From NCBI GenBank assembly GCA_040006755.1, contig JBDTWJ010000001.1, positions 1,041 through 65,040 of the forward strand: DNA of 64,000 nt. Reading direction: 5' to 3'. This DNA comes from Ilumatobacteraceae bacterium (GTDB taxonomy: Bacteria; Actinomycetota; Acidimicrobiia; Acidimicrobiales; Ilumatobacteraceae). Both the position numbers and the translations under genes were made by a program. Of the stretch, positions 45,020-53,813 are shown one piece after another. A model generated the notes under the pieces. That model worked only from the letters and a program-made list of their open reading frames with translations, did no database searches and was not told the DNA's origin. Positions within the stretch are counted from its first letter, which is position 1; each line of letters begins with the position of its first letter.

Positions 45020-46840
45020 CTACGGCACGCTTGACTCGGTGACCGGCGGAGGTTGGGCGGTGACGACGGCGGCACCGCTGCTGCTGCTCGACCGGAAGCC
45101 CAACTCGGCGCACGCCCGCACAGCGTCGAGAGGTGGATCCGCAATGACGCCCGTGATCGTGCCGTTCTCCACGATGAGCGCCGGCAGGCAGGCCGGGCCG
45201 ACCGAGTCGGCGGGCTGATCGATGGCGAGCGCTTCTAGCATCGTGCGACTGAATCCGCCGTAGAGAAATGGCGCGATCGCCGAGTCGAACAGGCTCGACT
45301 CGGCCGTTGCGTCGTGCATGCCCGTCGAGACGCTGGCGAGCAGGGTTCCCAACGGCGACACGTACCATTTGCCACCGGACTGCACGACCGAGACCGAGGG
45401 CAAATTGAAAGGCCCACCGCCCGACAGGACCAGCAGCCCGATGCCTCCAGCAGCCACATCGTCTCCGCAGATCCGATAGCCGCCGTCGACCTTCGTCGCC
45501 AACGGTGACACGCTGAACACACCCAACAACGAGTTTGCACCGCCGGTGCCACTGAACGTCGTGCATCCATCCGCGCGTTCGAACGAGAACGGCTGTGCGC
45601 CTGCAGTCTGCTCGGAAGCGAACACGAGAGGTTGGATCGTGCCGTTGGAGTTCGCCATCGTGAAGTTGGAGTCAGCAGGGAAGGCAAAATTGTCAGTGAA
45701 GGTGAGCCCATCAGTGGTCGGCGGCATCTCGCCGGGCGGCAGCAGTGCGTATCCCGATCCGTCGTATGCAGCAACCACCGTGGGCAGGGTCGGGTCCGCC
45801 GTGGCCGTGTAGTGCTGCGGCACCGTTCCATCGATCTTGAACGCGAGCGGCTTCAGAGTCAGTCGCTCGCCCGTGCCGATGGTCGCGTAGGTCAGCCCGG
45901 AGATCCCAAGCGACCAGCCCTCCTTGCGTCCCCGGTCGAGGGCTGCCTGCGCGTCAGCCATCCACGACTGCGCAATCCACGCCATGGCATCCTCGCCCGG
46001 AGCGAAGGTGTCCATTGCACCCTGTAGGTCCAGCGCGCCGAGCCGGTCGTAGAACCCGGTCACGGCCTTTTCGGCCGAGTCGAAACCGACCGGCGTGCGA
46101 CTGACGGGACCGGGCAGGGCCCAGCCCGCAGACTGACGGATGTATTCGGCGAGAGTGTATTCGAGGCTGACGTACCACCTGCCGTCTCGCTGCACCGTCA
46201 TCACCTGCGCAGCGGTACCCGAACCGTCGAGCGCCCATTTCAGGGTGTCGACCGCGCCGGAGTCGCCGACGAGACGGCGCATCTTGTCGCCGAACGGAAA
46301 GGCCTGAGGATCGAAGGACGCACTGAAGGTGCCAGTCGTCGCGGTGACGAGAGCAAGGTCGCCTTCGAGGAAGTTGGTGTCGAGCACGAGGTCGTCGACC
46401 CGTACATCGACGCCCTGCACGCCGCTCACGTCGAGTTGGTCAGCCAGCACGCCGACACGCTTCGCGTCGGCCTGGACGGAATCGACAGCGGCACGCAGCG
46501 CGCCGACCTCCTCTGGCAGGGTCACGTCGATCATGCCGAGCACGTCTTCGTGCTCGATCGCCGAAACGAACGTCGTCACCGCTTCTTCGGGAGTGGCGGC
46601 GCCGCCACCGTTGCTCGCACCGAGGAACGAGTACGTGGTGAATCCGCCGGCACCGATCAACCCGGTGATGGCCGCGATCATGCCGGCGCGCCGCGCGCGA
46701 CCTGCACGACGCTGGCCCGGCACCACAGCCACGACGCCTGGCAGGTGGACCGTTGTCGGCGCGTGATCCGCAAGTTGAGCGAGTCGCTTCCGCAGCAAGG
46801 TCTCGGTCTGCGCGACCTCTTCGTCTGACATCGACTTCAT
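45020..46840 (-). CDS. membrane-anchored extracytoplasmic protein coupled to the ECF sigma gene (candidate anti-sigma)
   Basis: ATG 46840 overlaps the sigma gene stop (ATGA). About 50-aa cytoplasmic N-terminus, one TM segment ([22 protein letters not shown]) and an extracytoplasmic region of about 530 aa with no recognised domain. Confidence 0.6.
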   Translation of the reverse strand: MKSMSDEEVAQTETLLRKRLAQLADHAPTTVHLPGVVAVVPGQRRAGRARRAGMIAAITGLIGAGGFTTYSFLGASNGGGAATPEEAVTTFVSAIEHEDVLGMIDVTLPEEVGALRAAVDSVQADAKRVGVLADQLDVSGVQGVDVRVDDLVLDTNFLEGDLALVTATTGTFSASFDPQAFPFGDKMRRLVGDSGAVDTLKWALDGSGTAAQVMTVQRDGRWYVSLEYTLAEYIRQSAGWALPGPVSRTPVGFDSAEKAVTGFYDRLGALDLQGAMDTFAPGEDAMAWIAQSWMADAQAALDRGRKEGWSLGISGLTYATIGTGERLTLKPLAFKIDGTVPQHYTATADPTLPTVVAAYDGSGYALLPPGEMPPTTDGLTFTDNFAFPADSNFTMANSNGTIQPLVFASEQTAGAQPFSFERADGCTTFSGTGGANSLLGVFSVSPLATKVDGGYRICGDDVAAGGIGLLVLSGGGPFNLPSVSVVQSGGKWYVSPLGTLLASVSTGMHDATAESSLFDSAIAPFLYGGFSRTMLEALAIDQPADSVGPACLPALIVENGTITGVIADPPLDAVRACAELGFRSSSSSGAAVVTAQPPPVTESSVP

Positions 46841-47340
46841 CGGATCACCTCTCGAAGTTCGGCGAGCCCGCGTCGCACCAGGGTACGAACGGTGGACCTG
46901 CGGCATTTCAGACTCGCGGCGATCTCGTCTTCGGGAAGATCGCACACATAGCGCAGCACGATCGCAGAGCGTTGACGGATCGGCAGCGCCATCAAGGCGT
47001 CGCGCAACTCGACCAACCCAACATCCATCACCGCACCAATGGCCCTGTCGGAGGTCGGCGCCGCAACGGTGCGGCGGTGCAATGACCGGCAGCGATTGAC
47101 GACAGCCACGCGCAGATACGCGGCAGGTTCAATCAACCTGTCGATGCGTGGCCCGACTTTGGCAAACACGTCGTGCACCGCGTCCTCAGCTGCAGCCGCA
47201 GATCCGGTGAGCACGAAGGCCACACGGAGCAGGTCGCGATAGGCCGACGCGTATACAGCTTCCGAGCCTGCCCAGGCCGTCGACTCCGCGGCCGGAGTCG
47301 GAGGCGGCTCCGAAAACGCATCGCTCATGGCGAGATTCAT
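46837..47340 (-). CDS. ECF-family RNA polymerase sigma factor
   Basis: Region 2 (EDAVHDVFAKV...YLRVAVVNRCRSLHRR) and region 4 (LPIRQRSAIVLRYVCDLPEDEIAASLKCRRSTVRTLVRRGLAEL). ATG 47340 is chosen because the candidate promoter covers the 47361 start. Confidence 0.85.
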   Translation of the reverse strand: MNLAMSDAFSEPPPTPAAESTAWAGSEAVYASAYRDLLRVAFVLTGSAAAAEDAVHDVFAKVGPRIDRLIEPAAYLRVAVVNRCRSLHRRTVAAPTSDRAIGAVMDVGLVELRDALMALPIRQRSAIVLRYVCDLPEDEIAASLKCRRSTVRTLVRRGLAELREVIR

Positions 47341-47347
47341 ACCTTGT

Positions 47348-47376
47348 AACACGCACCACAACGGCGATCCGTTTCA
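47348..47376 (-). promoter_or_regulatory. candidate ECF-type promoter (TGAAAC-N17-CGTGTT)
   Basis: On the minus strand: TGAAAC (47376-47371), a 17-nt spacer and CGTGTT (47353-47348). ATG 47340 follows after 7 nt. A CCAAATGTTTGG palindrome lies just upstream. Confidence 0.35.
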
Positions 47377-47396
47377 ACAATCCCCAAATGTTTGGA

Positions 47397-48575
47397 TCAA
47401 TCCATCGTGAGCCCGGCGATGATCGTCGCCGCAACCAAGGGAACGCCGGGCCGGTAGACGAAGTCGATCGGATTGGCGGTGTCGAGAATGATGAGGTCGG
47501 CGCGTGCCCCAACGGCGACGATTCCGACGTCGATGCGACGCAACGCTGCTGCACCTCCAGCGGTGGCGGCCCAGATCGCCTCGTCGATGGTCATCTTCAT
47601 GTCACGCACCGCGAGTGCAATGCAGAACGGGATCGAAGTGGTGAAACTCGAACCCGGATTGCAGTTCGTGGCAATCGCCGCGGTGCCTCCCGCGTCGAGC
47701 AGTCGACGGGCATTGGGATAAGGCTGGCGAGTCGAGAAATCGGTCGCAGGCAGAAACGTCGCAACGGTCGTACTACCCGCCAACGCGGCAACGTCGTCGT
47801 CGGACAGATACGTGCAGTGATCGGCCGATGCACACTCCAGCTCGACGGCGAGTTGCACGCCCGGACCGTGGCCGAGCTGATTGGCGTGCAGCTTCATGCC
47901 GAGCCCGGCATCGCGACCTGCCAGCAGAACCGCACGCGACTGATCGGCATCGAACGCGCCGCGCTCGCAAAAGGCGTCGACCCATCTGGCATACGGTGCA
48001 CATTCGGAAAGCATCTCGCCGCACACCAGGGCGACGTAGTCGTCGACTCGGTCATCGAACTCCAGCGGCACTACATGTGCGCCGAGGAACGTGGTCTCCT
48101 CGGTGAGGTGAGATGCGACCCGTAGAGCGCGGGCCTCGTTCGCGACAGTGAGTCCGTAGCCCGACTTGATCTCGATCGTCGTCGTGCCCGAACGTTGCGC
48201 TTCGACCAGTAACGACGTCGCCCGAGCGAGCAATTCGTCATCGGTCGCGGCGCGCGTCGCGGCAACCGACGTGCGGATTCCCCCGGCCTCGTACGGCAGA
48301 CCGGCCATGCGTGCAGCAAACTCGTCGCCGCGGTCGCCGGCGAACACCAGATGGCTGTGGCTGTCAACAAATCCCGGCAATACGCAACGGCCGGCGGCGT
48401 CGATCCGCTGATCGGCGACGGGTGCTTGCCCGGTGCCCACCGCTTCGATCATCCCGTCGACCATTACCACCCATGCATCACGCAGCTGCCCAGTGGCTCC
48501 GACTTCGAACTGCGCGTCGTTGGTGATGAGCCGACCGATGTTGTCGATGACTGTCGATGGACTACTCACGACCAC
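47397..48575 (-). CDS. hutI: imidazolonepropionase
   Basis: [25 protein letters not shown] and a later metal-ligand context HANQL...ADH. Confidence 0.92.
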   Translation of the reverse strand: MVVSSPSTVIDNIGRLITNDAQFEVGATGQLRDAWVVMVDGMIEAVGTGQAPVADQRIDAAGRCVLPGFVDSHSHLVFAGDRGDEFAARMAGLPYEAGGIRTSVAATRAATDDELLARATSLLVEAQRSGTTTIEIKSGYGLTVANEARALRVASHLTEETTFLGAHVVPLEFDDRVDDYVALVCGEMLSECAPYARWVDAFCERGAFDADQSRAVLLAGRDAGLGMKLHANQLGHGPGVQLAVELECASADHCTYLSDDDVAALAGSTTVATFLPATDFSTRQPYPNARRLLDAGGTAAIATNCNPGSSFTTSIPFCIALAVRDMKMTIDEAIWAATAGGAAALRRIDVGIVAVGARADLIILDTANPIDFVYRPGVPLVAATIIAGLTMD

Positions 48576-49906
48576 ACCGTTGCAATCGAGCGTTGAAGCT
48601 CAGTCGCCACGTCGATCGATTGATGAACACCGTCCGCAACGACGACCCTGCCGCCGACCACGACATGGTGCACGTCGCCCGCGGTTGCCGCGAACACGAC
48701 CGCCGCCGCGGCGTGATCGGGATCGATGCCGGCAAGCCGCGGCGATTTCAGGGCCACCGTCGTGAAGTCGGCCAAGCCGCCTGCGACGATTCGCCCACCC
48801 TCGTTCCATCCGAGGCTGCGATAACCAGAACTGGTTGCCGCGGTCAACAACTCCCCCGGGGTGTGCGTGCCACGCTGCAGCGAGGCCAGTCGTTGGTCGA
48901 GTTCGATCGCGCGTGTCTCTTCGAAAGGATCGATCACGGCATGTGAATCGCTCCCGATGCACATTGCGATCATCGCTGCACGAAACGCTGCCGTCGGACC
49001 AACTCCATCGGCAAGGTCACGTTCGGTCGTCGGGCACATGCAGCACGACGAATGGCTCGCCTGCAGCAAGGCGATGTCGCGCTCGTCGAGATGCGTGGCA
49101 TGCACCGCTGTGAAGCGTTCGCTGAGCGCGTCGTGACGGTCGAGCAACTCGGTGGGCGTGCACCCATGAACCGCAAGACACTGCTCGTTCTCGGCCGGCT
49201 GCTCGCTGACGTGGGCATGCAACACGGCGTCACGCGCCGCCGCCCATCCGGCGACGATCGACATCGACGCCGGATCAACACTTCGCACGGAGTGGATCGC
49301 CGCGCCGATCTTCGCGGCGCTGCCAGCGACGAGATCGTCGACCCGAGTGGCCCATCGGTCGCCGTCACCATCGCTGAATCGCCGTTGCGTGCTGTTGAGC
49401 TCGGCGTCCGCGTTCATTCCCGCCCTCAGATAGCAAGTGTCGAGCAACGTGATGCGAATGCCTGCAGCGGCGGCGGCGGCGAGCAGCACTTCACCCATCT
49501 CGTTCGGCCGCGCATACGGCACGCCAACGCGATCGTGATGGAGGTAGTGGAACTCTCCGACGCATGTGAATCCGGCGAGCACCATCTCGGCGAACGTCGC
49601 AGTTGCCAGGGCTCGATACGAGTCGGGATCGAGTCGGTCGGCGAGCCCATACATCCGGTCGCGCCAGGTCCAGAACGATCCGCTCTCACCATGCGTGCGG
49701 CCACGCAGCGCCCGATGGAATGCGTGGCTGTGCGCATTGGCCAAACCCGGCAATGTCAGCCCTTCGAGGCGATGGCCAGCGTGCGCGGGCGACGCATTGA
49801 CGGACACATCGGTGATGCGATCGCCATCTACCGTGATCGAGACGCCGCGTTCGACGGTACCGTCGAGGTCACCCAGCCACGCCAGCTCGCACCAGTAGCC
49901 AGTCAC
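48566..49906 (-). CDS. hutF: formimidoylglutamate deiminase
   Basis: YWCELAWL..., [20 protein letters not shown] and the amidohydrolase fold. GTG start. Overlaps hutI by 10 nt. Confidence 0.88.
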   Translation of the reverse strand: MTGYWCELAWLGDLDGTVERGVSITVDGDRITDVSVNASPAHAGHRLEGLTLPGLANAHSHAFHRALRGRTHGESGSFWTWRDRMYGLADRLDPDSYRALATATFAEMVLAGFTCVGEFHYLHHDRVGVPYARPNEMGEVLLAAAAAAGIRITLLDTCYLRAGMNADAELNSTQRRFSDGDGDRWATRVDDLVAGSAAKIGAAIHSVRSVDPASMSIVAGWAAARDAVLHAHVSEQPAENEQCLAVHGCTPTELLDRHDALSERFTAVHATHLDERDIALLQASHSSCCMCPTTERDLADGVGPTAAFRAAMIAMCIGSDSHAVIDPFEETRAIELDQRLASLQRGTHTPGELLTAATSSGYRSLGWNEGGRIVAGGLADFTTVALKSPRLAGIDPDHAAAAVVFAATAGDVHHVVVGGRVVVADGVHQSIDVATELQRSIATVWS

Positions 49907-49930
49907 GAGTAGCCGGTCACCATCCCGCTG

Positions 49931-50506
49931 TCACGATCCCACTCGGGCCACGAACTCGGTGATCCGCTCGACGAAGGCGGCGCGGTGGAAGCGCTCGAAC
50001 TGTTCCCAGGTGGTGAACGTGGTCGGGTCGACGACGCGATCCAGGAACAGCTTGCCATCGAGATGATCGCACTCGTGTTGGAACGTGCCAGCTGTAAGGC
50101 CGCGGCGAATCTCGTCGTGAGCAACGCCGTCGCGATCCAGATACTGCACGCGCACATTGACGTTACGCATGACCGACCCGCGCAGGTTCGGGACCGAGAG
50201 GCAGCCCTCGTTGATCTCCACCAACTCGCCGTCGATCGGTTCGATGATCGGATTGACGACCACCGTCAACGGGATACGCGGCTTGTACGGATAGCGAGGG
50301 TTGTCGCCGACTTCGATCGTTGCGATGCGTATCGGCACGCCGACCTGGTTGGCGGCGATCCCCGCGCCGTTGGCTTGACGCATTGTCTCGATGAGGTCGT
50401 CGATGAACTGCTGCGTCTCGGTTGACGCGAGTTCCTCGAGGCTCACCTCGCGAGCGCGCTCGCGCAGTACCGGGTGCCCAACGGTGACGATCTCACGAAC
50501 GCTCAT
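49931..50506 (-). CDS. def: peptide deformylase family metalloenzyme (all three motifs intact)
   Basis: Motif 1 GAGIAANQ, motif 2 EGCLSVP and motif 3 HECDHLDG. Lies 24 nt upstream of hutF and 48 nt downstream of hutU. Confidence 0.9.
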   Translation of the reverse strand: MSVREIVTVGHPVLRERAREVSLEELASTETQQFIDDLIETMRQANGAGIAANQVGVPIRIATIEVGDNPRYPYKPRIPLTVVVNPIIEPIDGELVEINEGCLSVPNLRGSVMRNVNVRVQYLDRDGVAHDEIRRGLTAGTFQHECDHLDGKLFLDRVVDPTTFTTWEQFERFHRAAFVERITEFVARVGS

Positions 50507-50525
50507 CGCTCCCCTTCCCCCAAGC

Positions 50526-50568
50526 GCGATGAGAGATGTGCGGAAGGCACCGGCTCATCTCTCATCGC
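50526..50568. repeat. 43-nt palindromic repeat, copy 3 (overlaps the hutU stop)
   Basis: GCGATGAGAGATGTGCGGAAGGCACCGGCTCATCTCTCATCGC. Same length and termini as copies 1 and 2. The right arm encodes the last hutU codons and the TGA (50555-50557). Confidence 0.8.
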
Positions 50569-52219
50569 CTTCGGTCATCGGAATGCGGACACCGCGTTCG
50601 GCGGCGACCTCGGTTGCCCGTTCGTAGCCGGCGTCGGCGTGTCGGATCACACCCATGCCCGGATCGGTGACCAACACTCGCGACAGCTTCTCTGCGGCCA
50701 GGTCGGTGCCATCCGCGACGACAACCATCCCCGCATGGATCGAACGTCCGATGCCGACCCCACCACCGTGGTGGATGCTGACCCACGTCGCGCCGCTCGA
50801 CGTGTTGACGAGCGCATTCAGCAGCGGCCAATCGGCGATCGCATCGCTGCCATCGGCCATTGCCTCGGTCTCGCGGTACGGCGACGCGACCGAGCCGGAG
50901 TCGAGATGGTCGCGACCGATCACGATGGGCGCCGACACCTCGCCGCTGCGAACCATTTCGTTGAACCGCAGACCCAGCCGATGCCGCTCGCCGTAGCCCA
51001 GCCAGCAGATCCGCGCCGGCAGTCCCTGGAACGCCACCCGCTCGCTCGCCAACTTGATCCACCGGTGCAGACCCTCGTCGTCGGGGAACTCCTTCAGCAC
51101 CGCGCGATCGGTGGCGGCGATGTCGGCCGGATCACCCGACAGTGCCACCCATCGGAACGGGCCCTTGCCCTCGCAGAACAGGGGCCGAATGTACGCCGGC
51201 AGGAAGCCGGGATAGTCGAACGCCCGGTCGAAGCCGCCGAGCTTGGCCTCAGTGCGCAGGCTGTTGCCATAGTCGAAGACCTCGCTGCCTTTGTCGAGGA
51301 AGCCAACCATCGCCCGGCAGTGGGTCGCCATGCTCTCACGAGCGCGGCGGATGAGCTCTTGCGAATCGTTGCGCGCAAGTTCTGCGGTGGCCTCCGGCGT
51401 CAGATCCGCTGGAACGTAGCTGAGTGGATCGTGAGCACTGGTCTGATCGGTGACGATGTCGGCAGGGAAATCCATCTCGAGGAGCTGCGGAAGAAGGATC
51501 GCCGCGTTGCCGACGAGACCGACCGACACCGCACGTTTCTCGTCGCGAGCTTGGACGCAACGGGCGACCGCGTCGTCCAACGAATCGGCCACTTCGTCGA
51601 GATAGCGGGTCTCGACACGTCGTGCGACACGCGACGCATCGACGTCGATGCACAACGCCACGCCGTCGTTCATGGTAACGGCCAACGGTTGGGCGCCTCC
51701 CATGCCGCCCAGCCCTGCGGTCAGCGTGATCGTGCCGGCGAGTGAGCCACCGAACTTTCGGCGGCCGATCTCGGCGAAGCATTCGTACGTACCTTGCAGG
51801 ATTCCTTGGGTGCCGATGTAGATCCACGATCCAGCAGTCATCTGTCCATACATCGTCAAACCCATGGCCTCGAGGCGGCGGAACTCCTCCCAAGTGCCCC
51901 ACTCCGGCACGAGATTGGAGTTGGCGATCAACACCCGCGGTGCCCATTCGTTGGTGCGGAAAACACCAACCGGCTTGCCCGACTGCACCAACATTGTTTC
52001 GTCGTCGGCCAACGTCGTGAGCGTTCGGACGATCGCGTCGAAGGCGTCCCACGAACGCGCCGCGCGTCCGGTTCCCCCGTACACCACGAGATCGTCAGGT
52101 CGTTCCGCTACCTCGGGGTCGAGGTTGTTCATCAACATGCGCATGGCAGCCTCCTGCTGCCAACCGCGGCAGGTCAACTCCGTGCCTCGTGGTGCCCGTA
52201 CAGGCCGTGGTCCTGACAT
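50555..52219 (-). CDS. hutU: urocanate hydratase
   Basis: [32 protein letters not shown]...[10 protein letters not shown]. Start moved to ATG 52219. Confidence 0.93.
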   Translation of the reverse strand: MSGPRPVRAPRGTELTCRGWQQEAAMRMLMNNLDPEVAERPDDLVVYGGTGRAARSWDAFDAIVRTLTTLADDETMLVQSGKPVGVFRTNEWAPRVLIANSNLVPEWGTWEEFRRLEAMGLTMYGQMTAGSWIYIGTQGILQGTYECFAEIGRRKFGGSLAGTITLTAGLGGMGGAQPLAVTMNDGVALCIDVDASRVARRVETRYLDEVADSLDDAVARCVQARDEKRAVSVGLVGNAAILLPQLLEMDFPADIVTDQTSAHDPLSYVPADLTPEATAELARNDSQELIRRARESMATHCRAMVGFLDKGSEVFDYGNSLRTEAKLGGFDRAFDYPGFLPAYIRPLFCEGKGPFRWVALSGDPADIAATDRAVLKEFPDDEGLHRWIKLASERVAFQGLPARICWLGYGERHRLGLRFNEMVRSGEVSAPIVIGRDHLDSGSVASPYRETEAMADGSDAIADWPLLNALVNTSSGATWVSIHHGGGVGIGRSIHAGMVVVADGTDLAAEKLSRVLVTDPGMGVIRHADAGYERATEVAAERGVRIPMTEGDER

Positions 52220-52256
52220 CTCGTTTCCCTTCAAATCGGCTCGGCGCCTCGTGTTC

Positions 52257-53777
52257 TCAGTCCAACGGTCCGGTGAGTCGCTCGACCGCCGCCAACATCT
52301 CACCGCTCATCACCAACGCCTCGGCCCGAGCGAGTTCCGGCGACAGCCACCGGTCGGGCCCAGCTCCGGGCACACCAGCTTCGCGCAACGCTGCCACCGC
52401 GGCACCGGTTGCCGCCGCCGGTTGCACCGGTTGTCGCAGTTCAATGCCGCGCGCCGCGCAGACCAGTTCGCAGGCGACAATCCTGCCGAGGTTCGCAACC
52501 GACCTGCGCAATTTGCGGGCAGCACCCCAGCCCATCGAAACGTGGTCCTCCTGCATCGCCGAGGTCGGAAGTGAATCGACGCTGGCGGGCGAGGCGAGGC
52601 GCCGGTTCTCCGCGACCATCGCCGCCTGCGTGTAGTGGGCGATCATCATTCCCGAGTTGACGCCGGCATCCTCGGCGAGGAACGGCGGCAACCCATGCGA
52701 GCGCGCCCGATCGAGCATGCGGTCGGTGCGGCGCTCGGCGATGGAGCCAACCTCGGCAGCCGCGATGGCGAGGAAGTCGCAAGCGAACCCCACCGGCGCG
52801 CCGTGAAAGTGACCGCATGATTCCACGCGTCCGTCGGGCAGCACGCTGGGGTTGTCGATCGCCGACATCAGCTCGATCTCGGCAACGGAGCGGGCAAAGG
52901 TGATGGTGTCGCGTGCCGCACCGTGCACCTGCGGCGTGCAGCGCAGTGAGTACGCGTCCTGCACGCGCGGGTCGTCGGTGCGATGGCTGGCGACGATTGG
53001 GCTGCTGTCGAGGAGCCGCCGAAGATTTGCGGCCGACACGGTCTGGCCTGGTTGCGGACGCAATGCCATGAGGTCGGCCGCGAACGCACGATCGGTAGCC
53101 ATCAGGGCCTCGACGCTCATCGCCGCAGCAATGTCGGCCGTGCGCACGAGCATGTCGAGATCGGCCAGCGCCAGCACCAGCATCCCCAACATGCCGTCGG
53201 TTCCGTTGATGAGCGCCAGTCCCTCTTTCGGCTGCAGCGTGACCGGTTGAATGCCAGCGGCGGCCATCGCCTCGGCGCACTCACCCTCGCCGATCAGCGC
53301 GAGCCCGACATGAGACAACGGGGCGAGGTCGCCGCTGGCACCGAGCGATCCGTGCTCGTACACAGCGGGGATGATGTCGGCATTCAGTAGCGCCAGGATC
53401 GTGTCGACCACGACTCGTCGCACACCACTGAAACCCATCGCCAGCGTACGTGCCCTGAGCAACATCATCGCCCGCACGACCTCCGGTTCCACGGGCGGAC
53501 CCATCCCTGCGGCGTGCGAGCGGATGAGGGCGCGTTGCAGCTCCTCGCGTCGTTCAGGCGGGATCACCGTGGTGGCGAGCGAACCAAAGCCAGTCGAGAT
53601 CCCGTACACGGCCTCGTCGCGGTGGGCGAGACGCTCGACGATTGCGGCGCTGCGGTTGATTGCGTCGACGGCTGACTCGTCGAGCGCAACTTTGGAGCCG
53701 CGGCGAGCGACGGCCACGACGTCGACGGCGCTCACGCCGGTTGCCCCCAGGACGACCTCATCTGCCGCAGCTTTCAT
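52257..53777 (-). CDS. hutH: histidine ammonia-lyase
   Basis: [14 protein letters not shown] (MIO-forming Ala-Ser-Gly), YGISTGFG and QEDHVSMG. Start moved to ATG 53777. Confidence 0.93.
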   Translation of the reverse strand: MKAAADEVVLGATGVSAVDVVAVARRGSKVALDESAVDAINRSAAIVERLAHRDEAVYGISTGFGSLATTVIPPERREELQRALIRSHAAGMGPPVEPEVVRAMMLLRARTLAMGFSGVRRVVVDTILALLNADIIPAVYEHGSLGASGDLAPLSHVGLALIGEGECAEAMAAAGIQPVTLQPKEGLALINGTDGMLGMLVLALADLDMLVRTADIAAAMSVEALMATDRAFAADLMALRPQPGQTVSAANLRRLLDSSPIVASHRTDDPRVQDAYSLRCTPQVHGAARDTITFARSVAEIELMSAIDNPSVLPDGRVESCGHFHGAPVGFACDFLAIAAAEVGSIAERRTDRMLDRARSHGLPPFLAEDAGVNSGMMIAHYTQAAMVAENRRLASPASVDSLPTSAMQEDHVSMGWGAARKLRRSVANLGRIVACELVCAARGIELRQPVQPAAATGAAVAALREAGVPGAGPDRWLSPELARAEALVMSGEMLAAVERLTGPLD

Positions 53778-53813
53778 CAGTGGGTAACTTACGTTGCCGG
53801 GTAGCGTGCGGCT

